Below, one piece after another: positions 37,975 to 49,411 of a stretch of 64,000 nucleotides of DNA (position 1 is its first letter; each line of letters opens with the position of its first letter). The stretch covers positions 25,334 through 89,333 of the forward strand of contig JAWSUI010000009.1 of the NCBI GenBank assembly GCA_033551855.1, in the 5' to 3' direction. This DNA is from Deferrisomatales bacterium (lineage in GTDB: Bacteria > Desulfobacterota > Deferrisomatia > Deferrisomatales > JACRMM01). Both the position numbers and the translations under genes were made by a program. The notes below the pieces were generated by a model. The model was given only the letters and a program-made list of their open reading frames with translations, did no database searches and was not told where the DNA came from.

Positions 37975-38763
37975 GTGCAGCCGAACCCGCCGTGGTTGAG
38001 CCGGGACCCTCGGGAGGAGGCAGAGCACGCCGTTCCGGCGTGGACGGTCACCTTCGCCGACCTGGCCCTCCTGCTCCTGACGTTCTTCGTCCTCCTCCTG
38101 TCCTTCGCCAACCTGGACGCCCAGAAGTTCCGAGACATGCTCGGCAGCGTGAAGGACGCCTTCGGGGTGCAGAAACAGACCGTCGGCGACGCCTCCGCTC
38201 GGGCCGCGGGGGCGATCGACCTGTCGGCACACCAGGGCGCCGGCTGGCGCCTGGACCCTGCTCCCGGGGAGGCAGGCCACTCCCCACCGATGGATCAAGC
38301 CCTCACCATCATCCGGGCGAGATTCGAGGGCTTGGGGGGCGGTACGGAGGTCCTGGCGGGAGACGAGGAAGTCACCGTGCGGGTGGCCGGAAAGCTTCTC
38401 TTCCTCGCGGGCTCGGCGGAGCTTCGCCCGGAAGCCGCCGAGATCATGGCCCGCGTGGGGGGTGTGCTCCGGCAGTACGTCTTCGACCTGTACATCCTCG
38501 GGCACACCGACGCAGTTCCGTTCGAGACGGCCCAGTTTCCCAGCAATTGGGAGCTGAGCTCGGCCCGGGCGGCGGCCGCCCTGCGCCACCTGGTGGCGGA
38601 AGGGGCCGACCCCCGGCGCCTGGTGGCCCTGGGGCTCGCGGACACCCGACCCATCGAACCCAACACCAGCCCGGAGGGGCGGGCGCGCAACCGCCGGGTG
38701 GAGTTCCTCTTCAAGAGCCCCAGGGCGCTGGCGGCCGGCGGATTCAGGGCTGCCGGCCCTTGA
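37975..38763 (+). CDS. motB: Flagellar stator MotB/PomB family (OmpA-like domain)
   Basis: WTVTFADLALLLLTFFVLL, GHTD, SNWELSSARA, RARNRRVE. Confidence 0.92.
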   Translation: MQPNPPWLSRDPREEAEHAVPAWTVTFADLALLLLTFFVLLLSFANLDAQKFRDMLGSVKDAFGVQKQTVGDASARAAGAIDLSAHQGAGWRLDPAPGEAGHSPPMDQALTIIRARFEGLGGGTEVLAGDEEVTVRVAGKLLFLAGSAELRPEAAEIMARVGGVLRQYVFDLYILGHTDAVPFETAQFPSNWELSSARAAAALRHLVAEGADPRRLVALGLADTRPIEPNTSPEGRARNRRVEFLFKSPRALAAGGFRAAGP

Positions 38764-38792
38764 GCAACTCCTGCCCCCCCGGCAGAGTGCAG

Positions 38793-39062
38793 CCTCTTCC
38801 GGGGAATGGCGGGTTCCCGCAGCCGAGGACGGCCGGGTGAGCCGAGAATGGATCATCCGAGAAAGGACCGGGTACTCGTGTCCAGGGACGATCGGGTGAG
38901 CCCGAGCACGTAGGCAGACGGCCGCTCGACGGGAGCTGCTGCTTCGGGAGCCGCGATATCGCGAGGATTCCGGATGCGGCGCGGGAGCGCTCCCACCGTG
39001 CAGACCGGCATCGTCTGCCGGAGTGGGCGGGCCCACCCGGTCGTTACCGGGAGAACCCCAAA
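38793..39062 (+). repeat. Structured intergenic repeat family A, copy 3, preceded by a partial 5' copy
   Basis: 38851-39062 is colinear with 36901-37112; 38793-38842 resembles 43208-43255. Confidence 0.85.
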
Positions 39063-39233
39063 AATTCACCCTTTTGGGGGATGCGCGAAGGGCTCTCCGC
39101 CCGTAAGATCGCGCTCGCTTCCACCAGCGCACCTCTCCGGGGAAAGTTGCACAGCGCCCTTCGGGGCCGGTTCCGAACTGGGCCCCTCCCGCTCGCGGGA
39201 GGGGCCGCTGCTCGATGGGGTCTCGTCCTTCCG

Positions 39234-40261
39234 TCAGGGACCGGCGACGACTTCTTCCGCGCCCTCGGGACGGATGGGGAAGTGATCGAACCCGCGGGCC
39301 CGGGGGAGGGGAACCGCGGTGCCCCTGCGCGTCAGGTTCACCCCCGGCTCCCGAACGACCCGCCCGATCCGGCGCACCGGGGTGGCAGCCTCACGCGCCA
39401 CCTGGAGCACGTCGCCGCGCCGCTCCGGCGCAGCGGTGAACAGGAGCTCGAAGTCCTCTCCCCCCGCCAGCACCAGGCGTTCCGGGTCCACCCCGAGCTC
39501 CCTCGACACCCCGGCGAGGGCGACGGATACGGGAAGCCGCTCTGCCCAGATCTCCGCCCCCACCCCGCTGGCCCGCAGCACGTGGCCCAGGTCCTGGAGC
39601 AGACCGTCGGAGACGTCGATCAGGGCGCTCGCCAGACCCGCCTCCCCGAGGGACGCCCCCAGGGCCAAGCGGGGCTCGGGACGCACGTGGCGAAGGACCA
39701 GGGCCTCTCGCCGCGGCTCCCCCAGGGGTTGGCCGCTCTCCAGCAGCCGCAGTCCCGCGGCGCTCTCGCCCGGGCTCCCGCTCACGAAGAGGTCCTCCCC
39801 GGGACGAGCGCCGGAACGGAGCACCGGCCCGTGGGCCGCGGCCACGCCGAGCAGCGCGATGGACAGCACTACCTGAGGGGCCGCGGAGGTGTCTCCTCCC
39901 ACCAGGGGGCACCGGAAGGCCGCGGCCCCCTCCTCCAGCCCCTCGTAGAGCTGGGTCACCCAGTCCGCCGACAACTCTCCGGGGGCCGCCAGGCAGACCG
40001 TGTACGCTAGGGGTCGCCCTCCCATCGCTGCGATGTCACTGGCGTTGGCCGCCACGCACTTGTAGCCGAGGTCGCGCGCCGCCGTGGTCCGGCGGCGGAA
40101 GTGGACGTCCTCCACGAGCTGATCCGTGGTGAAGAGGAGTGCTCCGGCAGGCGCGGGCAGCACCGCGGCGTCGTCTCCCGGGCCGACCCACCCGGCAGGG
40201 TGAACGCGCCCGAACAGGCCCAGGGACCCCAGGAGCCCGAACTCGCCCAGCTCCCGTATCT

Positions 40262-40265
<4 letters not shown>
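39234..40265 (-). CDS. thiL: Thiamine-monophosphate kinase
   Basis: LGEFGL, GPGDDAAV, SDIAAMGG, VGGDT, IDVSDGL, GGEDFELLFT; GTG overlaps the lon stop. Confidence 0.95.
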
Positions 40266-42682
<2,417 letters not shown>

Positions 42683-42694
42683 GAAGTCGCACCT

Positions 42695-43135
42695 TCACTC
42701 GATGGGGATTTGGCGGTGGCTCACCCGTCGGTCGGCCACCCGGGGGATGCGAATCTCCAGAACCCCGCCTTCACACCGGGCCCGGCTGCGCGCCGGATCC
42801 CCGGCGGCCGGCAGGACGATGAGGCGCTGGAAGGGCCCGAAGCTGCGTTCGATGCGCAGGTAGACCGACCGCTCGGTCTCCGGGTGCTTGCTCCCCCGGA
42901 TGATGAGGAAGTTCGGCCCGCCGTAGAGCTCGAGCGTGTCCCGATCGACGCCCGGCAGGTCCGCCCGGACCAGGATTTCCTCCTCGGTCTCGATGACGTC
43001 CACGGGCGGCACGAGCGCCTTGTCCTCCAGGGCGACGGAGCCGAGATCCTCGTCGAACAGGCGAAGGAACAGGGCCTCTGCCTCCTGCTGGAAGTACTCG
43101 AGCCGCTCCAGGATGTCTCGGGGAATCCGCGTCAT
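42695..43135 (-). CDS. Hsp20/alpha-crystallin family protein
   Basis: PPVDVIET, ADLPGV, ERSFGPFQR, GVLEIRIP; upstream of lon. Confidence 0.92.
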   Translation of the reverse strand: MTRIPRDILERLEYFQQEAEALFLRLFDEDLGSVALEDKALVPPVDVIETEEEILVRADLPGVDRDTLELYGGPNFLIIRGSKHPETERSVYLRIERSFGPFQRLIVLPAAGDPARSRARCEGGVLEIRIPRVADRRVSHRQIPIE

Positions 43136-43202
43136 GGGCCCCTCGGGTCGGGTCCGGCAGTTCGGGGCGGATCATAGTCACCGCCCCCGACACCGTCAAG
43201 AA

Positions 43203-43410
43203 AGGGTCCTCCGGGGAATGACGGGTTTCCGCACCAGGGAGGGCCGGGTGGGTCCGACGGCGCAGGCGGACGGCCGATCGGTGACCGCCACCCCGTCGGG
43301 ACCTGTGATCCCGCTGGCGGGTCGGACGACCGGAGGGCTCGCAAGGGTCGGGGCGTCCGGCATCGGCCGCCGGAGTCGGCGGACCCGCCCGGCCGTTTCC
43401 CGGATGCGCC
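43203..43410 (+). repeat. Structured intergenic repeat family A, copy 4
   Basis: ggccgggtgggtcc...cgcaggcggacggcc...ggcatcggccgccggag...ggacccgcccggcc. Confidence 0.8.
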
Positions 43411-43424
43411 TTCATTCTCGCGTC

Positions 43425-44834
43425 CTACTCGACGCAGCAGCTCATCCGGCTGATGTCGCGGCGGAAGGCCTGGGCGGCCATCTTGATCGCTTCGCAGTAG
43501 GTGGGAAAGACGTGGGTGGTGTCGATGAGGTCGTCCACGGTAAGGCCGAAGCGCACGGCCAGCGCGGCCTCGTGGATCATCTCGGCCGCGTGGGGCGCGA
43601 GGATGTGGGCCCCCGCAACCCTGCCCGTCTCGTGGTGGGCCACGAGCTTGACCAGCCCCCTCGTGTCGTTCACCGCCATCCCCTTGGGGACCTGGCTCAG
43701 GGCAACCGTCCGACAGGTACAGGTGCCGTGGCGGGCCACGTACCTCGCCTCGGTGAGACCCACGCCGGCCACCTCGGGGTCGGTAAAGATGGCGAAGGGG
43801 ATGGTGTCGGCGTCCAGGGTCTTCTTCTTCCCCTCGAAGGCATTCTCCACTGCCATCTTTCCTTCCTTGGCGGCCACCGTTTCCAGGCAGACGTGGCAGA
43901 CCACGTCCCCGGCGGCCCACACGTAGGGGAGGCTCGTCCGAAGGTGTTCGTCCACCTTGATGTGGCAGCCCTTCACTGTCTCGATGCCAACCCCTTCCAG
44001 GTTGAGCCCCTCGATGTTTCCGGTCACCCCGGTGGCCACCAGGATTTCGTGGGCCACAATTGTCTCTTCCCGGCCGTCCCGCTCCACGACGACCCTCTTC
44101 CCTGCCGAAGTCCGCGCCACCCGGACGGCCTTGGCGCCGGTGCGGATCTCGATCCCCTCCGCCTCCAGGAACCCCTGAAGCGCCTCGGAGATCTCGGGCT
44201 CGGTGACCGAAGCGATCCGGTCGGTGGCTTCGAGGACGGTCACCTTGGACCCGAAGCGCGCAAAAATCTGCGCGAACTCGAGACCCAGGGCACCACCGCC
44301 CAGCACCAGGAGTGAATCGGGCAGGCGCCGCAGGGCCAGGGCCTCGCGGTTGGTGAGGTACCCCGCCTCTTCCAGGCCCGGGATCGCCGGGATCTTCGTC
44401 CGGCAGCCCGTGGCGATCAGGATCTGCTCGCCTTCGACCTCCTCTTCCCCCACCCGGACGACCCGGTCCGAGACAAAGGAGCCCCGCCCTTCGAGCCAGG
44501 TCACGTGGTCGAACCCTCCCAGGACGTCCCGATAGTTCTTCTCACGAGCTTCGGCGACCAGGCGGTCCTTGTCCGCCATGGCCCGCTGAAAGTCGAAGCG
44601 GGCAAGGTTGCCGGCAACGGATGCGAAGCGGGGCTGGCGCACGGCGTGCAGGTGGCCGGCCACGGCCAGGAGGTGTTTGGTGGGCATACATCCCACGTTG
44701 ACGCAGGTTCCGCCTATGGGAAGCCCATCGTTGACCATGGCGGTGCGAAGGCCCATCCGGTCGGCCTGCGTGGCGGCGGCGAACGCCGCCGCGCCGCCCC
44801 CCAGGATTACCAGGTCGTATCGGTTCCTGGGCAT
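43425..44834 (-). CDS. merA: Mercuric reductase lacking the N-terminal NmerA domain
   Basis: GGTCVNVGCMPTK redox dithiol; HVFPTY; C-terminal MSCCVE Cys pair; mer operon context. Confidence 0.93.
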   Translation of the reverse strand: MPRNRYDLVILGGGAAAFAAATQADRMGLRTAMVNDGLPIGGTCVNVGCMPTKHLLAVAGHLHAVRQPRFASVAGNLARFDFQRAMADKDRLVAEAREKNYRDVLGGFDHVTWLEGRGSFVSDRVVRVGEEEVEGEQILIATGCRTKIPAIPGLEEAGYLTNREALALRRLPDSLLVLGGGALGLEFAQIFARFGSKVTVLEATDRIASVTEPEISEALQGFLEAEGIEIRTGAKAVRVARTSAGKRVVVERDGREETIVAHEILVATGVTGNIEGLNLEGVGIETVKGCHIKVDEHLRTSLPYVWAAGDVVCHVCLETVAAKEGKMAVENAFEGKKKTLDADTIPFAIFTDPEVAGVGLTEARYVARHGTCTCRTVALSQVPKGMAVNDTRGLVKLVAHHETGRVAGAHILAPHAAEMIHEAALAVRFGLTVDDLIDTTHVFPTYCEAIKMAAQAFRRDISRMSCCVE

Positions 44835-44847
44835 CCATGTCCTCCTT

Positions 44848-45150
44848 TCACTCCGCCGTAAGCTCCACCGGCCGGCAGGTCATGGCCCCGCCCTCCACCG
44901 GGCAGGCCTTGTGGCAGTGGCAGTCGCCCATGCAGTTGCCGGGGTTCACGACCCGCGCCGTCTTCCCGCCACCGATCTCCACCATCTCGTAGCACCCGCC
45001 CATGCACACCTGCACACACTTGCCACAGCCGATGCACTGGTTCGGATCCACCTCCTGGATATACATGGGCGTCCAGGGCGTTCCGTCCTGGCGGCGGAAG
45101 GTGAGGTAGGTCTTGCTCGAACACAGTCCTCCAGCACAGCAGTCGCTCAT
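44848..45150 (-). CDS. Dicluster-type ferredoxin with N-terminal CC
   Basis: MSDCCAGGLC...DGTPWTP...CIGCGKCVQVC...CMGDCHCHKACP. Confidence 0.85.
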   Translation of the reverse strand: MSDCCAGGLCSSKTYLTFRRQDGTPWTPMYIQEVDPNQCIGCGKCVQVCMGGCYEMVEIGGGKTARVVNPGNCMGDCHCHKACPVEGGAMTCRPVELTAE

Positions 45151-45170
45151 GTCGGCGGCCTTGTGCCCAC

Positions 45171-45500
45171 TCAGTGACCCGAGGGCTCCTGGATGCTCGC
45201 CCGGAACCCTGCCTGCTCCACGGCGGCCACGAGCTCCTGGGGGCTGACTTGGGCCGGGTCGTAGAACACCGTGGCCGTCTTGTTCCGGTAGCTTACCTTG
45301 GCGTCCCGGACGCCGTCGAGCCTCTTGAGGGCGGCCTTGACCGCGAACGCACAGGCGGCACAGGTCAGGCCTTCGAGGGCGAGGGCGGCCTCCCGGCTCT
45401 CCTCGGCCCGGGCATGCCCTGGACGCAGGCCGAGGGACGGGCCCAGGACGAGGGCTCCGATCCACCCTGCGACGGCCAGCAAGCATTTCCTCCGGTTCAT
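45171..45500 (-). CDS. merP: Periplasmic mercury-binding HMA protein
   Basis: Signal peptide MNRRKCLL...; GLTCAAC; directly after merT. Confidence 0.88.
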   Translation of the reverse strand: MNRRKCLLAVAGWIGALVLGPSLGLRPGHARAEESREAALALEGLTCAACAFAVKAALKRLDGVRDAKVSYRNKTATVFYDPAQVSPQELVAAVEQAGFRASIQEPSGH

Positions 45501-45514
45501 GGGGTCGCCTCCCG

Positions 45515-45934
45515 TCACTCGAGGGTCAGCGGCAGCAAGCTGGGGACGAAATAGAGCGCCAGGGCCAGAATCGCAGTGGTCCAAAGCACGATGCGCTGGG
45601 CGCGCAGGGCCCGGGGCGTACAGCAGGCCTCCCCGCGCCGGGCAGCGGCTCGCGGCCGCCAGTAGGCCCGGTAGAAGCCCCAGCCCAGGAAGCCGAGCAT
45701 CAGGGCCGCAAAGAGCGGGCGATACGGCTCCAGTGCCAGGAGCGCCGCTGCGCCCGACACGCCGAGAAAGACCGCCAGGAGCGGGCCGACGCAGCACGCC
45801 GAGGCCAGCAGGCCAGAGACCAGCGCCCCGGCGGCGCCGACTCCCAAGACCTTGCCCCCTCTTGGGCCTTCTGTTCCCCGTGGGCCTACAGCGCACGCTT
45901 GGCCCTTCTCGGTCTTCGCAGGCGCTCGTCCCAT
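45515..45934 (-). CDS. merT: Mercuric ion transporter
   Basis: LASACCVGPL, LEPYRP, loop EACC; three TM segments. Confidence 0.92.
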   Translation of the reverse strand: MGRAPAKTEKGQACAVGPRGTEGPRGGKVLGVGAAGALVSGLLASACCVGPLLAVFLGVSGAAALLALEPYRPLFAALMLGFLGWGFYRAYWRPRAAARRGEACCTPRALRAQRIVLWTTAILALALYFVPSLLPLTLE

Positions 45935-45952
45935 TGCCGCCTCCTTTCTCCT

Positions 45953-46603
45953 TCACGCTCCCGGCGGTGCCCCTCCGAGGAGGGGCCGAAAGTACCGGGC
46001 GGCAAGCTGCACGGCCTGCGCCAATCGAAACAAGCTCCGTTGTTCCGGCTCTTCTTGTTCCCACCTTCTGGCCGTCTCCTCGTCCCGGAGGAAGACCATG
46101 GTGCGTCAAAGGCTTCCTGCGGCGGTGCCCCCGACAGGCCCCCAGCGCACGCCCACATGGAGGCTCTCCGGGGGATCGGCAGCCGTCACCGCCTCGCCGC
46201 GCTGGACCACCCGGATGGGTGCGCCCGTGACGTGGCACGCGGAACGGGTCTCGACCTCGGCCCCGAACATCGGTGCCACGGCCAGCGCGTCCAGGGCGCA
46301 CATCGCGTACAGGGCGTGCCCGTTCACTCGCACCCGGTGCGGCGTTTCCGCCGTGGTCATGGGGTAGGCGCCGGTGATCTCACCGTCTGCCCCCAGGACT
46401 ACGAGGTCGTTGCGGGCCAACTCGGCCAGAGCGCCGGCGCCCGCGGCCGCCTCCACCTCCCGGGCGGTCGGTAGCCGGCCCCGTTTCGCAAAGGTGCGGA
46501 GAATTTCCCGGTGCGCGGCGGCCACGGGGGCCGCCAGGCGCCCCCGGCGCTCGGCCAGGGGGAGGATCTCCTGGAGCCGCTGGAGGGCGACCTCGACCTT
46601 CAC
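45953..46603 (-). CDS. merB: Alkylmercury lyase, predicted selenoprotein (in-frame UGA 46108-46106)
   Basis: GAYP, LYAMCALDA, SACHVTG; read-through gives AAGSL-U-RTMVFLRDEETARRW...QAVQLAARYFRPLL, 216 aa, ending just before the merT RBS. Confidence 0.85.
46069..46098 (-). promoter_or_regulatory. Putative SECIS hairpin of merB
   Basis: UGA, 9 nt, then GUCUUCCUC-CGGGAC-GAGGAGAC (stem with bulged U, G-containing loop). Confidence 0.65.
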
Positions 46604-46607
46604 CGCC

Positions 46608-46880
46608 TCAGTTCCTCGGGGTGCCGACGCCGGCGGCCCGCAGAGCCTCCTCGTCCAGACCGCGGCCCGCGCAGCACGGGGCCAGGGCGCCGTCCACCGC
46701 CACGGCGGGTACCGAGCGCACGCCGAGCTTCCGGGCGCGCTCGGCCACGGCCGGGTCGTGCATGTCGAGCACCCGCACGTCGCAGGACGGACAGGCGAGG
46801 TTCCTCACCCGTTCGACAGCCTCTTCGCATACCGGGCATCCGGCGCTGAACACCTCCACCAATCGCTTCGTGTCGCTCAT
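46608..46880 (-). CDS. Small Cys-rich thioredoxin/glutaredoxin-fold protein
   Basis: VEVFSAGCPVC...CPSC...GVRSVPAVAVDG..APCCAGRG; ATGA overlap with the merR stop. Confidence 0.85.
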   Translation of the reverse strand: MSDTKRLVEVFSAGCPVCEEAVERVRNLACPSCDVRVLDMHDPAVAERARKLGVRSVPAVAVDGALAPCCAGRGLDEEALRAAGVGTPRN

Positions 46881-47308
46881 GATTTCTCGACTCCTCCCCC
46901 CGGATCTTCCGTCTCCCATTCCATGGCCGCGAGGATCGGGCACTCCGTCCCGGTGCCGAAGGTCCGGCAGCGCCCGACCAATTCTTCCAGCACGGCCCGC
47001 ATGCGTTCCAGGGAGGCGATCTTGCCGGTGATGTCGGCGAGCTTGCCTTCGGCCCGGGCCCGGACCTCGTCGCAGGAAGGATCCGCTCGCAGGTCCAGGA
47101 GCTCGGCGATCTCGCGCAGCGTGAAGCCCAATTTCTTGGCGCGCCGGATGAAGCGCACCCGGGAGACCGTCTCGGGCGGATAGCGCCGGAAGCCGCGTTC
47201 GGCCCTCGCGGGCCTGGCTACGAGACCCTTCCGCTCGTAGAAACGCACCGTCTCGACGCCCACCCCCGCCGCTTTCGCCACTTGGCCGATGGTCGGGTCC
47301 TGATTCAT
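46877..47308 (-). CDS. merR: Hg(II)-responsive MerR regulator
   Basis: TIGQVAKAAGVGVETVRFYERKGL; three Cys (SCDEV, GRC...ECPIL). Confidence 0.92.
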   Translation of the reverse strand: MNQDPTIGQVAKAAGVGVETVRFYERKGLVARPARAERGFRRYPPETVSRVRFIRRAKKLGFTLREIAELLDLRADPSCDEVRARAEGKLADITGKIASLERMRAVLEELVGRCRTFGTGTECPILAAMEWETEDPGGGVEKS

Positions 47309-47328
47309 CCCATGACCTCCCAACACTC

Positions 47329-47360
47329 AGTCTAAGGCCCGTACTATGGTACGGAGTCAA
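47329..47360 (-). promoter_or_regulatory. MerR operator/promoter
   Basis: TTGACT, 20-nt spacer, TAGACT; dyad CCGTAC-N4-GTACGG at 47339-47354, as in Tn21/Tn501 operators. Confidence 0.9.
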
Positions 47361-47541
47361 GGCACGCGAGGGCGTCGGCCGTCCCCATCGCGGATCGACC
47401 GGGCCTCCGGTATCTCGGCGGACCGCACAAGAAACCCCTTGCGCGGCCCGTGGGCATTCCAGTGGATGAGGACCGGCCGCGGGGGCCGGTCCCTCCTCGC
47501 TGGTCTCGGTGAGCGGGCTCACGGGTGTCGTCGCCTCCGCG

Positions 47542-48243
47542 TTACGTGGACTCCTTGAACCGGGCCATCATCTTGGCCTGCATCCGCCGGGTGACCTCGG
47601 CCCGATCGTGCCCCTGCCGGAGCCTGCGGCCCAGCTCGGCTCCGGCCTGGCGGGCGGCCTCCAGGGCATCGGGCTGTTTCGCCACGCTCGGGATCATGTC
47701 CTCGGTGATCTTCGCCCCCTCGCCGTAGAGCATGTAGGGAACGCCCACCTTGCAGGTGTCTCCGTAGCCGCAGCTGTAACAGGCGGCGGCGCCCTGGCCG
47801 GTCACCGCGGCCACGGTCTCGATGAAGTTGTAGAGGAAGAACTTGTCGATGTCCGCCGCCGGGAACTGCCCCGACGACCCCCCCACGCCCACGGCGACCC
47901 CGAGCTTTCCCCACAGGGCGTCGCCTTCCCGGTGGCGGAACTGGTACCAGCGCTCCAGGAAAGCGTGGGTCACGCCGTTCAAGGTCGAGTAGAAGTTCGG
48001 GGCGCCGATCACGTACGCGTCGGCCTCGGCGATCTTCGGGCGAAGCTCCCGGAGGTCGTCGTCGAGCACGCAGACGTTGTCCTTCACGCACCCCAGGCAG
48101 GCCACGCAGCCGCCGATCTTCTTTCCCCGCAGGGAGACGAGCTCGTACTCACAGCCGCTTGCGTCCAAAACGGTGCGCACGAGGATGTGGACGCCGGACT
48201 GCTCGTTCTTTCTCGTGCTTCCGCAGATGCCCAGGATCTTCAT
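47542..48243 (-). CDS. Flavodoxin family protein (iron-sulfur flavoprotein-like)
   Basis: MKILGICGSTR, CVACLGC...C..DD, ADAYVIGAPNFY; second CYSCGYGDTC motif. Confidence 0.9.
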   Translation of the reverse strand: MKILGICGSTRKNEQSGVHILVRTVLDASGCEYELVSLRGKKIGGCVACLGCVKDNVCVLDDDLRELRPKIAEADAYVIGAPNFYSTLNGVTHAFLERWYQFRHREGDALWGKLGVAVGVGGSSGQFPAADIDKFFLYNFIETVAAVTGQGAAACYSCGYGDTCKVGVPYMLYGEGAKITEDMIPSVAKQPDALEAARQAGAELGRRLRQGHDRAEVTRRMQAKMMARFKEST

Positions 48244-48327
48244 GCCGCATCTCCTCTGCCCTCGGGTTGGTCTCGAACCGGCAGAAGAGAGACTACGCCG
48301 AGTTGGGCAGCCTTGCCGTAGCCCCGG

Positions 48328-48975
48328 CTACCGCCCTGCGCCATTTCCGTCGCCACGGGGAGGCTGGAGAGTTCGGCCCCCGGGGCCGGCGGAGGCCACT
48401 TCACGGGCGCGGGCGGGCGCACCGCGCCAGCCACGCGCCCACGAGCCAGCCCCCAGGGACAGCAACGTCACCGCCGCGGCGGCGGCGTGAAACGCGAACA
48501 GACCGGAAAAGAACGAGGCGACCGGCTGCCAGGGCTCGTGGGCGAGGTTCACGTTCCACTCCGGTGCCGTGGCCCAGCGGGAAACGGGGACCCTCCCCAC
48601 ATGGATCGCCTAGGCAACGGGCACCGCCCCCCGCGGCAGCTCACCGGCCCGCCTCAGGTACAGGAGGCCGGCGGCTGGCGGAAAGACGTGGATCAGCACG
48701 GAGGTGGGAAACCACCGGCCCGACACCAGAGTCTCCACGAGCCAGGACGGCAAACCCACGCTGAGATGAAAGAGCGAGCCCGCGGCCGCGAGCAGGGCAT
48801 GCCCCCTCCACAGCCCTGCGGCTACGGCCAGGGTGGCCACGTGGCACGACCAGCACATGATCGCGAGGGAGTACTCCTGGGCCATGGCCCAGGAGTGCAG
48901 CGCCCAGGCGAGGAGAACGGCCAGGGCCAACCCCCGCCGCAGCCCGGGCGACATGGCGGTTCGTGGGATTCTCAT
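48328..48975 (-). pseudogene. Membrane protein with in-frame amber stop (48612-48610)
   Basis: The two track ORFs are in the same frame: GAVPVA-TAG-AIHVGRVPVSRWATAPEWNVNLAH; hydrophobic on both sides. Confidence 0.65.
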
Positions 48976-49187
48976 CGTACGTCGGACGCTCCGGAAAGAT
49001 GCTGCCTCAGATGCGCGGGAACTGCCGACCCCAAGGCCGCCGACGCTGCGGATTCCGGCGGCGAGAAACCATCGGCCGGGGCGTCGTTCGCCTAGGGGTG
49101 GCCACTCGGAAGCCGTCTTCTTCGCATCACGAATCCGTCCCATTCACGGGGAGCAGAAACGGCATGCTCCGAAGTCTATGCGCGGCT

Positions 49188-49411
49188 TTCATACCTGTTG
49201 GGTATTTACATGACTCAGGGGGCCACCAGATGTAGAACCAGATCTGGAAGGCCCGTTGGTGTTCCGGGCGGAAGGATCAAACAAATTCCCTTGGAGTGCC
49301 GCATGGTTGCCGTGCCATGGCAGGCGGGGCGCGCTAACGTCCCGCGCATACCCGCTCCCAAGATGTTGTGGCTCCCTGAGTGATGTTGATACCCAGTTCA
49401 TACCTTTTGGG
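49188..49411. mobile_element. Lower-GC element with ~28-bp imperfect inverted repeats
   Basis: tgggtatttacatgactcagggggccac (49199-49226) versus the reverse complement of 49368-49395, tgggtatcaacatcactcagggagccac; ttcatacct.ttggg repeated at 49188 and 49397. Confidence 0.5.

Noticed and set aside
37171..38763. Zorya ZorAB defence system
   Set aside because: MotA is normal length with no long tail, and there are no zorC/D/E neighbours
44848..45150. hgcB mercury methylation ferredoxin
   Set aside because: No hgcA (NVWCAAGK cap helix) adjacent, and the Cys pair is N-terminal; the context is detoxification
45171..45173. UGA stops of merP and the trx-like gene as further Sec codons
   Set aside because: The domains are already complete and there is no meaningful downstream extension
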